NCBI GenBank assembly: GCA_964626075.1
Contig: CAZVDD010000013.1
Span: 31,291-95,290, forward strand
Source: an uncultured bacterium
GTDB lineage: Bacteria; Hydrothermota; Tepidihabitantia; Tepidihabitantales; Tepidihabitantaceae
Direction of reading: 5' to 3'
Length of the DNA: 64,000 nt
Shown piece by piece: positions 18,515 to 27,358 of the stretch. Below the pieces are notes generated by a model. The model made no database searches, had not been told where the DNA came from, and saw only the letters and a program-made list of their open reading frames with translations. Numbering within the stretch: the stretch's first letter is position 1; each line of letters begins with the position of its first letter. Position numbers and translations under genes: made by a program.

Positions 18515-20615
18515 CTTTCCCCTCTTTTTTCTTGCTCTTTTTCGTTTTTTTAACAAAACGACACTGGGGATACCCGGAACAGGCGATGAATTTCCCAAAC
18601 CGGCTTTGCCGCTCCACCAAAGGCTTACCGCACTTCGGACATGATTCCGCTAGAATTTTAGGCGCCTCTTTAGGTGGACGTTTTATAAAGTCACATTGGG
18701 GATACCCGGAACAGGCGATGAATTTCCCAAACCGGCTCTGCCGCTCCACCAAAGGCTTGCCGCACTTCGGACAGATGTCTGCTAACGGTTTCTCTTCTCC
18801 CTTTTTCACATAGTCACATTCCGGATATTTTGAACAGGATATGAATTTGCCAAACCTGCCCCAGCGTTCAACCAGCACCGCTCCACACTTCGGGCAACTT
18901 TCGTTTAGCTCGCGGGTCAAACCATCTTTAATTTCGGCTGCCTCCGCCTCTGCCCGGTCCAGGTCTTCTTTAAATGGCTGGTAAAAACGCGCCACAACCT
19001 CGCGCCAATTTAATTCCCCCTCTTCAACACCGTCCAGTTCCTTTTCCATCTCGCGAGTGAACCCGATTTCAAATATGTTGGCAAACCGAGGAATTAAAAT
19101 GTCGTTTACAACCGTCCCTAACTCGGTTGGGACCAGTTTTCCCTGTTTCCTCTCAACATACCCACGCTCAACCAGAGTCGGAACGATTGTCGCATAAGTT
19201 GAAGGTCTGCCAATCCCGTTAACTTCTAACCGCTTAATCAAACTTGCTTCAGTGTAACGGGGCGGCGGCTGGGTGAACTTCTGTTCCGGGATAAACTCTT
19301 TCATCTCAACCGGTTCGCCCTTCTGTAATTCGGGCAATGAACTTTCCTTATCCGGTTCGCCGTATATCCGCTCAAAACCCTCAAAAACCCGTCTTACCGC
19401 CTCAGTCCTGAAGGTGTAATCACCCCCTTCAACTAAAACCTCGGTCAAATTGTACAACGCATCCGCCATTTGGCTGGCAACAAACCGGCGGAAAATCAAC
19501 TCGTAAACCTTAAACTCATCAGGGGTTAGATACGGTTTAACCCGCTCTGGGGTCAAATCTAGACGGGTCGGCCTTATCGCTTCATGTGCACCCTGGGTAC
19601 CCTTGCGGTCCGGATAATGCCGCGGCTTATCAGGAAGAAACCGCTCTCCATATGTTTGTGAAATTAAATTACGCACAGCAGTTACCACATCGTCCGCTAC
19701 TCGAAATGAATCGGTGCGGGGATATGTAATTAACCCGACAGTTTCCTCCTTCAAATCTACCCCTTCAAACAGCCTCTGGGCGATACGCATCGTCCGCGCT
19801 GAACCGAACTTAAACAACTGTCCCGTCTCCTTTAAAAGTGTCGCAGTCACAAAAGGCGGTAGTGGTCTCTTATGCCGTTCCCGCTGCTTAACCACGCTTA
19901 CCGTGAAACGGGTTCCCTGGCACCCCTGCCGCACCCCCTCAACTTCGGACCGGTCCTTCAACCGGAAAGTCTGATTCCTGATTTTTATCAGCTGACACTC
20001 AAAACGTTCTCCGCTCGCCCGGGCAAAAATCGCCCGAACAACCCAGAACTCCTCCGGTTTAAAACTTGCAATCTCTCTTTCCCGCTCCACCAGAATCCGA
20101 AGAGCAACGGTTTGCACCCGACCCGCCGACTTCCCTGCTCGCACTGTTCGCCACAGCAAGGGTGAAACAAGATAACCTACAAGCCGATCCAGCACCCGAC
20201 GTGCTCTATGGGCATCAACCTTCCGCAGATCAATTTCGCCCGGTGAATTAAAACCAGCCTCAATACCCCGGGGCGTAATCTCATAAAACAAAACCCGTTT
20301 TATATTCGCCCCATTCTTTATCTCCTGTGCAACCGAATAGGCAATCGCCTCGCCTTCTCGGTCCGGGTCACAACCCAGGTAAACTGTTTTTGCCTGTTTT
20401 GCCGCCGTTTTTAACTCGTTGATGACCGGCGCCTTCCCTCTTATTCTTATATACTCTGGTTCAAATCCATTTTCGATGTCAACCCCGAGTCGGGACTTTG
20501 GCAAATCCGCGATATGTCCCCGGGAGGAAAGAACCTTTACCCTGCCCTTCAGCAATCTGCTGATCGTATGAGCTTTGGTTGGAGACTCGACAATAAGTAA
20601 ATCTTTTTTGCTCAT
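18501..20615 (-). CDS. topA: DNA topoisomerase I (704 aa) with three C-terminal C4 zinc ribbons and a lysine-rich tail.
   Basis: TOPRIM N-terminus LLIVESPTKAHTI. Three CPKCG...C..YP.C repeats. Tail KKTKKSKKKEGKDEMD. Confidence 0.93.
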   Translation of the reverse strand: MSKKDLLIVESPTKAHTISRLLKGRVKVLSSRGHIADLPKSRLGVDIENGFEPEYIRIRGKAPVINELKTAAKQAKTVYLGCDPDREGEAIAYSVAQEIKNGANIKRVLFYEITPRGIEAGFNSPGEIDLRKVDAHRARRVLDRLVGYLVSPLLWRTVRAGKSAGRVQTVALRILVEREREIASFKPEEFWVVRAIFARASGERFECQLIKIRNQTFRLKDRSEVEGVRQGCQGTRFTVSVVKQRERHKRPLPPFVTATLLKETGQLFKFGSARTMRIAQRLFEGVDLKEETVGLITYPRTDSFRVADDVVTAVRNLISQTYGERFLPDKPRHYPDRKGTQGAHEAIRPTRLDLTPERVKPYLTPDEFKVYELIFRRFVASQMADALYNLTEVLVEGGDYTFRTEAVRRVFEGFERIYGEPDKESSLPELQKGEPVEMKEFIPEQKFTQPPPRYTEASLIKRLEVNGIGRPSTYATIVPTLVERGYVERKQGKLVPTELGTVVNDILIPRFANIFEIGFTREMEKELDGVEEGELNWREVVARFYQPFKEDLDRAEAEAAEIKDGLTRELNESCPKCGAVLVERWGRFGKFISCSKYPECDYVKKGEEKPLADICPKCGKPLVERQSRFGKFIACSGYPQCDFIKRPPKEAPKILAESCPKCGKPLVERQSRFGKFIACSGYPQCRFVKKTKKSKKKEGKDEMD
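18561..18772 (-). repeat. Near-identical tandem direct repeat inside topA (two ~80 nt copies, period 132 nt, 3 mismatches), encoding zinc-ribbon repeats 2 and 3.
   Basis: Copies at 18561-18640 and 18693-18772 compared directly. The encoded peptides CPKCGKPLVERQSRFGKFIACSGYPQC are identical. Confidence 0.85.
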
Positions 20616-20649
20616 TGGGCGTGTAGAATAACCTATTTCGATTTAAAAG

Positions 20650-21039
20650 TCAACCCTCAATTATAACCACCGCCGCCGCATAATCCTCTAAGTGGGTCAA
20701 ACTTAAATGCACCCGGCGCTTACCCAAAAACTGCTTTGCCCGACCGGAGACTTTAAGTGTAGGCCGGGTCTTCTCGTTGTCACAAACCTCTATCTCCTGC
20801 CAGGAGACCGCACCGCGTAAACCGGTTCCCAGTGCCTTGGAAAAAGCCTCCTTTGCAGCAAACCGGGCAGCGTAAGAAGGGTAGGGATGCGCAAGTTTCT
20901 GACAGAATTCAACCTCTGCGGGCGTAAAAATCCGCTCGATAAACCGGTGCCCAAAGTTCTCAATAGCCCGACGAATCCTGCTTACACTCATCAGGTCAAT
21001 GCCGACACCGAATATTCCCGGGAGGTCTTTCCGCAACAC
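20650..21039 (-). CDS. acpS: Holo-[acyl-carrier-protein] synthase (129 aa).
   Basis: GIDLMSVSRI.. and FAAKEAFSKALGTG motifs of AcpS-type phosphopantetheinyl transferases. Confidence 0.85.
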   Translation of the reverse strand: MLRKDLPGIFGVGIDLMSVSRIRRAIENFGHRFIERIFTPAEVEFCQKLAHPYPSYAARFAAKEAFSKALGTGLRGAVSWQEIEVCDNEKTRPTLKVSGRAKQFLGKRRVHLSLTHLEDYAAAVVIIEG

Positions 21040-21726
21040 CTACCCCCTCTGATTCAATCGCTCAACTATTGGAATCAACTCTAAGATGTCATTAACCTCA
21101 TAGTCGGCGCCGGAGTTTAAAGTGCCAAAACTGTCGCCGTATCGGGCAAAAACCGTAATCATTCCGAGCTCCTTAGCGCCAACAATATCCCGCTCCGCCC
21201 AGTCGCCAACCATAATTGCCTCGGCAGGCATAACCTGCAAAAGTTCCAAAACCTTTTCGAACGGCTCCCGGGCGGGCTTACGCTTGCCGGTATCATCAAA
21301 TGTTACGACCACATCAAAAAATCGGTCCACACCCAATGAGACCAGGCGCATCCAGACCGGCAAACGTGGTGCATCCGAAACCACCGCCAGCTTCAACCCC
21401 AGGCGAAAAAGTTTCAAGAGCGCCAGGTTTACATGGGGATAAGGAACGAGCGCTCCTTCCCGTGCCCGGCGATAAGCAATAATTCCACTCGCCAGAATCC
21501 GATAATCGATATACCCCAGAACCTCCTGGAGAAAGTCGTTAAAAACCTCTTGATACTCAATCCCTTTCTCTTGATAGATTTCGTAAATCTTCTTCTTCGC
21601 CGCTTCCGGTGTTAAATCCAGCCCAGCGTCAATCATCGCCATTACCGCTGCATCCACCGCCGCTTTTTTCCACTTGTCGAAGTCCACCAGGGTGTTGTCA
21701 ACATCAAACACTACCGCTTTCACCAT
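21040..21726 (-). CDS. HAD-superfamily hydrolase (228 aa).
   Basis: Motif I VVFDVDNTL. Motif IV GDW.ERDI near the C-terminus. Confidence 0.75.
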   Translation of the reverse strand: MVKAVVFDVDNTLVDFDKWKKAAVDAAVMAMIDAGLDLTPEAAKKKIYEIYQEKGIEYQEVFNDFLQEVLGYIDYRILASGIIAYRRAREGALVPYPHVNLALLKLFRLGLKLAVVSDAPRLPVWMRLVSLGVDRFFDVVVTFDDTGKRKPAREPFEKVLELLQVMPAEAIMVGDWAERDIVGAKELGMITVFARYGDSFGTLNSGADYEVNDILELIPIVERLNQRG

Positions 21727-21728
21727 AA

Positions 21729-22226
21729 TTAGCCCCCAACCATCCGCCTGAACCGCGGTGATAGCCTTTCGTAAGTTCTATCTAAATGTTCACTTACCAC
21801 CTTAGTCTCAGCAAATAAGGGCATAAAGTTCGTGTCCCCCTGCCAGCGCGGTACGATGTGCAGATGGAGGTGGCCGGTAACTCCAGCACCAGCAACCGCA
21901 CCTAAATTCGCCCCGATATTAAAACCCTGGGGCTTAAACTCCCGGCGTAATGCCCTCAAACTCAACTTCACCAGTTCGAGAAGATCGTCTCCTTCATCGG
22001 GCTTTAAATTTTCAAAACTGGCGATGTGGCGCAACGGCGCAACCATCAAATGACCGCTGTTGTAGGGATACCGGTTCATCACCACAAACGCCCGCTTCCC
22101 CCGGTAAAGAATCAACCCCTTTTTGTCGTCCTTCAACTTTTTTAAATAACAGAAAAGGCAGCCCTGACATTCCGGTGCCCTATTGCTAAAATACTCCACG
22201 CGCCACGGTGCCCAGAGCCTTTTCAC
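21729..22226 (-). CDS. HIT-family protein (165 aa).
   Basis: Histidine triad HLHLHIVPR. N-terminal WAPWR..Y motif. Confidence 0.75.
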   Translation of the reverse strand: MKRLWAPWRVEYFSNRAPECQGCLFCYLKKLKDDKKGLILYRGKRAFVVMNRYPYNSGHLMVAPLRHIASFENLKPDEGDDLLELVKLSLRALRREFKPQGFNIGANLGAVAGAGVTGHLHLHIVPRWQGDTNFMPLFAETKVVSEHLDRTYERLSPRFRRMVGG

Positions 22227-22239
22227 TTATCCCTCCTAT

Positions 22240-23499
22240 TTAAAACAACCTCATCTGTCTATCATCGGTCTTAACATCTTGCCCCGGTTCAATCGTCCGG
22301 CGCCGTTCTCCGGGAAGAACCTGCACTACACCGAAAACCCCATCGTAACCAGGCTCAACCGTCACATCCCCCTTTCGCATCCTTTCGACACCTTCGCCAA
22401 CCCTCGCATCAACCCGCTTGATATCATCAATCGGCACATCCATCAAAATCTCAAACTCGCTCCCCAGCGCCTTAACCAGTTCTTCGTACCGACGGGCAAC
22501 TCCAGCGGTGTCACGCCCCAGCTCCAGCGCCTCAGCGATAATCTCCTCCAGCGGCACCAGATGCTTAAACGGTATTACATCATCGGGGCAGGAATCCGGC
22601 TTTCGGTCTGCCAGTTCCTCTACCCGATGTAACACACCGACCGTAAGTGGCTTTCGGCATATCGGACACACATTACCCGAAAGCATAGCCTCGGCTGGAC
22701 TCATCCGCACCCCACAGTTACGATGGCCATCGTAATGATACTTCCCCTCTTCAGGAAAGAACTCAATCGTAAACAGAAATCGACTTTTGTCTTTGGTCTT
22801 CAACACAGTACGCAGTGCGTCGTAATCCAACTCGCAGTTGAAAACATTCGCCTCCCGTCCCAGACGGCTCGGCGAATGGGCATCGGAATTCGAAATCAAA
22901 GTCTTTTTGTCCAATGCTGATAACCGCCAGTTCATCGGCGGGTCTGAAGAAAGACCGGTCTCAACCGCAAACACCTCATCCGCCAGGTCACCAAAACAAT
23001 CCTCAAATGAGTCAAATCCGGAGTTGGAACCGAAAAGCGAAAACCACGGTGTCCAGATGTGTGCCGGTACTATAAACGCCCGGGGTTCAATTTCAATCAC
23101 CCTCGCCAGCAGATCATAACTGGAAATGCTAACCGTGGGTCTACCATCAACCTCCAGCCTGCCGTAGCGGGCGAGCATCTTGTTAATCTCTTGGGCGCTC
23201 TTCATGCTCGGACAGTAAATCAGGTTGTGAATGCGCCGTAACTTACCGCCCGCAGAATAGATGTTGTTGACTTCGGTGGAAAGGATAAAATATGTGTCGC
23301 CGTATAGATATAACCCATTAGCTCCTTCTTTCAGATGTTCGCTTAACGATGCAAAATACCGGGGGTGAGTGAAATCTCCAGTGGCAACCAGTTTGATCCC
23401 TTTAATTCGCGCCGCCCGGGCAATCGCCGGAATGTCCATCTCCTGGCTTGTTGCCCTCGAATAGCGCGAGTGAATATGCAAATCGGCAATAAAACGCAT
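22240..23499 (-). CDS. Endonuclease Q-like PHP-domain nuclease (419 aa).
   Basis: ADLHIHSRYS PHP start, GTGD, PAHIWTPW, SNSDAHSP..LGRE and a C-terminal Cys4 zinc finger (CGV...CPIC). These match archaeal EndoQ (TIGR00375) as recalled. Confidence 0.55.
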   Translation of the reverse strand: MRFIADLHIHSRYSRATSQEMDIPAIARAARIKGIKLVATGDFTHPRYFASLSEHLKEGANGLYLYGDTYFILSTEVNNIYSAGGKLRRIHNLIYCPSMKSAQEINKMLARYGRLEVDGRPTVSISSYDLLARVIEIEPRAFIVPAHIWTPWFSLFGSNSGFDSFEDCFGDLADEVFAVETGLSSDPPMNWRLSALDKKTLISNSDAHSPSRLGREANVFNCELDYDALRTVLKTKDKSRFLFTIEFFPEEGKYHYDGHRNCGVRMSPAEAMLSGNVCPICRKPLTVGVLHRVEELADRKPDSCPDDVIPFKHLVPLEEIIAEALELGRDTAGVARRYEELVKALGSEFEILMDVPIDDIKRVDARVGEGVERMRKGDVTVEPGYDGVFGVVQVLPGERRRTIEPGQDVKTDDRQMRLF

Positions 23500-23541
23500 C
23501 GTCCTATTTTAACTCACTTAAACTGAATTTCAAATCTGCCC

Positions 23542-24288
23542 TCATCTTTGCGCCACCACCATCATCCGCACCGTTAAAGGACCAACCGGAAAAAAACCGC
23601 CGTGGTGGTAAAAATGCGTCCCGGAAAAACCCGCTGCCCTCAGCGCGCGCCTCACCTCTTCAACTGTGTAGGCACGCTCCTCGTGTATCTCTTCATACCT
23701 TCCCCCCAGTGTGCCATCACCCATCTTCTCCCAGAAGGTCAAATGGAGGGTGGAAATCCTGGTTTGCCGGTCATAACTGTTCTGCCAGATAGAAACAATC
23801 TCCTCGGTCTCGCGGGTAATCGTCCTTGTTCCCCAACCCTCGGAAAGCCCATACACCGTATTCATATCAAACACAAATATCCCCTGCCCGACTAAACTTT
23901 TGAATACACACCCAAAACAGCGCTCAAGGTCCTCTTCGGTCAGAAGGTAGTTGATGCTGTCGTAAAGCGAAATCGCCGCATCAACCGGTTCTGAAATTTT
24001 AAAATCTCTAATGTCGGCACACACCAACTCAATCGGCAAATCTCCCCGTTTACTCTCGAGCACCGCGAGCATCTCTTTTGACCGGTCAACGCCGATCATT
24101 CGATAACCCTTTTGCGCCAGAAGTACTGTTGGAATACCGCTGCCGCAAGCAACATCAAGAATCGTCCTCGGGACAACCTTAAACCGCCGGAAAATTTTCA
24201 AGATATAGCTGACCCAGCCCGGATAGTCCACGAACTTCGTCATGAACCGGTCGTAATGCCGGGCAAACCGGGCAAACGGCGCCACCAT
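23542..24288 (-). CDS. Class I SAM-dependent methyltransferase (248 aa).
   Basis: Motif I ILDVACGSG and a downstream acidic residue. Confidence 0.75.
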   Translation of the reverse strand: MVAPFARFARHYDRFMTKFVDYPGWVSYILKIFRRFKVVPRTILDVACGSGIPTVLLAQKGYRMIGVDRSKEMLAVLESKRGDLPIELVCADIRDFKISEPVDAAISLYDSINYLLTEEDLERCFGCVFKSLVGQGIFVFDMNTVYGLSEGWGTRTITRETEEIVSIWQNSYDRQTRISTLHLTFWEKMGDGTLGGRYEEIHEERAYTVEEVRRALRAAGFSGTHFYHHGGFFPVGPLTVRMMVVAQR

Positions 24289-24401
24289 CTAACTCAATAT
24301 AAAAAGTTCGTCTCTCCTGTCAACACCAAAATCCATGCCCCCAGCCAGTTAACGCGTTAGCCGAAAGTTTACCTGTTGCTACTGCACTTTCCGGTCTCTT
24401 T

Positions 24402-24429
24402 TTGACATCTGCAAACTACCGGCTAAAAT
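24402..24429 (+). promoter_or_regulatory. sigma70-like promoter (TTGACA, 16 nt, TAAAAT). The -10 ends 10 nt before the ATG, so the leader is essentially absent.
   Basis: Read directly. No Shine-Dalgarno. Confidence 0.45.
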
Positions 24430-24439
24430 AATACTTAAA

Positions 24440-25795
24440 ATGAACTACCACGCCCATATCCGGATGCGTCCTCATATGCCCCTTCTAATAATCTCACATA
24501 TTGTGCTCCTCACCCTCCCGGCTGCTGCCACTTACTGGCCCATTCCACCGATAAACCAAGTTCACCCCTTAGGAAACAATTGGGGCAACTACCAGAACTA
24601 CGGTTCTTCCCCCTACTTTCACCCCGGAATTGATATCATCACCACGGACACCAGTGGTGTTGAAGTCCGGGCGGTTGCCCACGGCTGGGTCAAAGCCTGG
24701 GGCACGATTCAAGCAGAACTGCACTACCGACTCGCGGTGTGTGATTCGCCTTTAACCTACTCTGGTCGTGCTGAAGGATGGCTTTACGCCCATATTGACC
24801 CTAACCGCTGGCACAAAAACCTTGGTGATGAGGTGCAAGAAGGGGAAGTCATTGGCTATCTTGTCGCCTGGCCCATCGATGCTTCTTTCGACCATCTTCA
24901 CTTTGCCCGCATCTCCGACACCGGCGCCACCTGGCAGCGTTTTCCCCAACCCACCTGGTGGTTTATACAGAATCCATTGACAATTATTCAACCCAATACC
25001 GACCTTGAACCACCGGTATTTGAAAATGCCCGTACCAACGCCCTTTTTGCCTTCTGCCGCAACAATACCTCAACCTACTTAAATCCCAACAACCTCACCG
25101 GTGATGTTGACATCATCGCGAAAATTTACGATCGCACCGGCTTTTCAACCGGTAATTCAACCTGGGATAAACTCGCACCTTTTCTGATTGAATACTCAAT
25201 TAAAAGTGTCGGAGGCTCGATTGTTGTTCCCTGGACCATCGGCGTCATATTTTCCGGCCGTTTGGAAGATGCCCTTGTCTCGGTAGTTTACAAAAACGAC
25301 AACACCTGCCGCTCTCAGGGTGATTACGAAAACCGTTCTTACTACTACATCGTCACCAACACCGATGGTGACAGCATAATTGAATCTACCGACATTCAGG
25401 GAAAATGGGCAACCGCCGAGGTTGGTGACGGCGACTATTGGGTACTCATCCGCGCCTCTGATGTCGTCGGTAACACAACCGTCGACTCAATGCTTGTTCA
25501 CACTGCCAACGGCGTCGCACTTGCCGAACAAAACTCAACCTTTCTCACCGCACCGCTGCGGGCAACACCGGCAAATGGCAACTGGCAAATTGATTTTGGT
25601 ATCTCCCGAGCCGCACCGGTCCGCTTGACGGTCTTTGACCCGACCGGCAGACAAGTCACAATCCTTGCCGAGCAACAGCTCGCACCCGGCAACCATCGTG
25701 TGTCATTCCGACCCTCGGCTTCTGGTGTCTATTTTGTCAACATGACCGTTGGATTTAACCAGACCTACCAGACAAAACTAACCGTAATAAAATAA
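24440..25795 (+). CDS. Secreted M23-family (LytM-like) metallopeptidase with a T9SS-type C-terminal sorting domain (451 aa).
   Basis: HPGIDI and DHLHF (HxxxD ... HxH) zinc-ligand motifs. Signal-peptide-like N-terminus. C-terminal ~70 aa ...VFDPTGRQV..APGNHRVSF..ASGVYFV..KLTVIK matches Por_Secre_tail-type domains. Confidence 0.7.
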   Translation: MNYHAHIRMRPHMPLLIISHIVLLTLPAAATYWPIPPINQVHPLGNNWGNYQNYGSSPYFHPGIDIITTDTSGVEVRAVAHGWVKAWGTIQAELHYRLAVCDSPLTYSGRAEGWLYAHIDPNRWHKNLGDEVQEGEVIGYLVAWPIDASFDHLHFARISDTGATWQRFPQPTWWFIQNPLTIIQPNTDLEPPVFENARTNALFAFCRNNTSTYLNPNNLTGDVDIIAKIYDRTGFSTGNSTWDKLAPFLIEYSIKSVGGSIVVPWTIGVIFSGRLEDALVSVVYKNDNTCRSQGDYENRSYYYIVTNTDGDSIIESTDIQGKWATAEVGDGDYWVLIRASDVVGNTTVDSMLVHTANGVALAEQNSTFLTAPLRATPANGNWQIDFGISRAAPVRLTVFDPTGRQVTILAEQQLAPGNHRVSFRPSASGVYFVNMTVGFNQTYQTKLTVIK

Positions 25796-25818
25796 GTAGG
25801 TCAAGAACGGTAACTGAC

Positions 25819-27144
25819 TTACTTGTTTGTCAGTGCTGAAGATGCGGCACGGGCGGCGGTGCCACCTGAAGCCCAGGCAAAGTGCAAATTGTAGCCCCCA
25901 CTTTCTGCCCAGAGGTCTAACGCTTCGCCGACAACGAATAGCCCGGGGAACCGAAACACCGCCATCGTCCTCATATCCACCTCATCCAGACTCACTCCGC
26001 CCCCGGTCACAGTGGCTCTTTCTATCGGTTCGGTACCTACAATCTCAAACCTCGTTCCCTTGAGTTGCTCAATCAAACGCTGCACCGCCACCTTGCTCAG
26101 GTTAGTCAACCTGCTATCCGGTGCCACATCCGCCCGAGCACAGAGAAACATCGCAAACTTGCGGGCAACAAACCTGGTCAAAGCGGTCTTTGCTTGAATC
26201 AACGGCCGCTCCTGCCGGAGGCGATCGATATAAGCTTTCAACTCTTGAAAACTCTTATCCGGTACCCAGTCAACAGTAAGTCCCACCTTATCTGTTTGCA
26301 TCAATGCCCGGGCCACAAAACCCGAAATGTTCATTATCGCCGAGCCGGAAATGTACTTATGTGCAAATATGAAATTACCCGGTCTTGGGGCAACATTTGG
26401 TATATCCACTTTTACCCTAACTGAAGGCTGGCTGATTCCGGCGAAATTTTCAATTTCCTCCTTGGGCTTCAGCGCAGCAAGGGCGGGAAAAAAAGGGGTC
26501 ATTTTGACACCTAATGAGTTGACCAAACGATTACCATCACCTGAGGATCCAGTCTGGGGATAACTGGCACCACCGGTCGCAATTACGACACTTCTTGCGT
26601 GAATGGTCTCACCGCTTTTTAGAACAATATACCAGCCCGGCAATACTTCATTCACATTTGCCTTTGTTCTTATCTCGCCCCCGGCTTGAATCACCGCTTC
26701 AACGAGCCGTTCCCGAACTATTCCAGCACCGGTTTGAGCTCTTTCTAACCGACTGATGTCAGGAGGATTAATCTCAAACATGAACGCACTCTCGGTTTTT
26801 CCCGCCGACCTATGTACCTTCCTGCTAACCCAGACGCATCCATCCTCGTCAATCCGTGGTTCTATACCCAGCATTCTAAAAAATTTAATTGCCTCCTGAG
26901 CCGGAAACTGGCGTAGCAAAAGTAAAATTTTATCTTTAGGACAATCAAACCTTTTTGCCATCAAATTGGGCGGTTCCAGATGGGTAAAATTACACCTTTT
27001 GCCCCCGGTCAAAGCAACCTTATTCCCACACCGGTCGGTCTTCTCTAAAATTAGAACCTTCAATCCCAACCGGCACCCCTCGAGCGCACAAGCAAGACCC
27101 GCGGCGCCACCGCCAACCACTACCAAATCCATAACGTTATGCAT
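25819..27144 (-). CDS. HI0933/BaiN-family FAD-dependent oxidoreductase (441 aa).
   Basis: Rossmann dinucleotide motif VVVGGGAAGL. Family-typical length and ..GGK.CNFTH motif. Confidence 0.7.
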   Translation of the reverse strand: MHNVMDLVVVGGGAAGLACALEGCRLGLKVLILEKTDRCGNKVALTGGKRCNFTHLEPPNLMAKRFDCPKDKILLLLRQFPAQEAIKFFRMLGIEPRIDEDGCVWVSRKVHRSAGKTESAFMFEINPPDISRLERAQTGAGIVRERLVEAVIQAGGEIRTKANVNEVLPGWYIVLKSGETIHARSVVIATGGASYPQTGSSGDGNRLVNSLGVKMTPFFPALAALKPKEEIENFAGISQPSVRVKVDIPNVAPRPGNFIFAHKYISGSAIMNISGFVARALMQTDKVGLTVDWVPDKSFQELKAYIDRLRQERPLIQAKTALTRFVARKFAMFLCARADVAPDSRLTNLSKVAVQRLIEQLKGTRFEIVGTEPIERATVTGGGVSLDEVDMRTMAVFRFPGLFVVGEALDLWAESGGYNLHFAWASGGTAARAASSALTNK

Positions 27145-27358
27145 ATCAAAAAATTATGATAGTAAAGACCAACTGTAATTTGCCGGTGCGCCGGGCTTGA
27201 ATCCTCGGACTTTTTTCTGTAGTCTAAATATCGAGGGCACGAAGGCCCGGTACACTAAAAACGGCTCGGTCAACAAAATTGCCGCGTAACTGGGCTTTCC
27301 GTGACCCTCACCATTTTTATGTGTTATCTACTCTCGGAAACATTCGCATCATCTCAGG

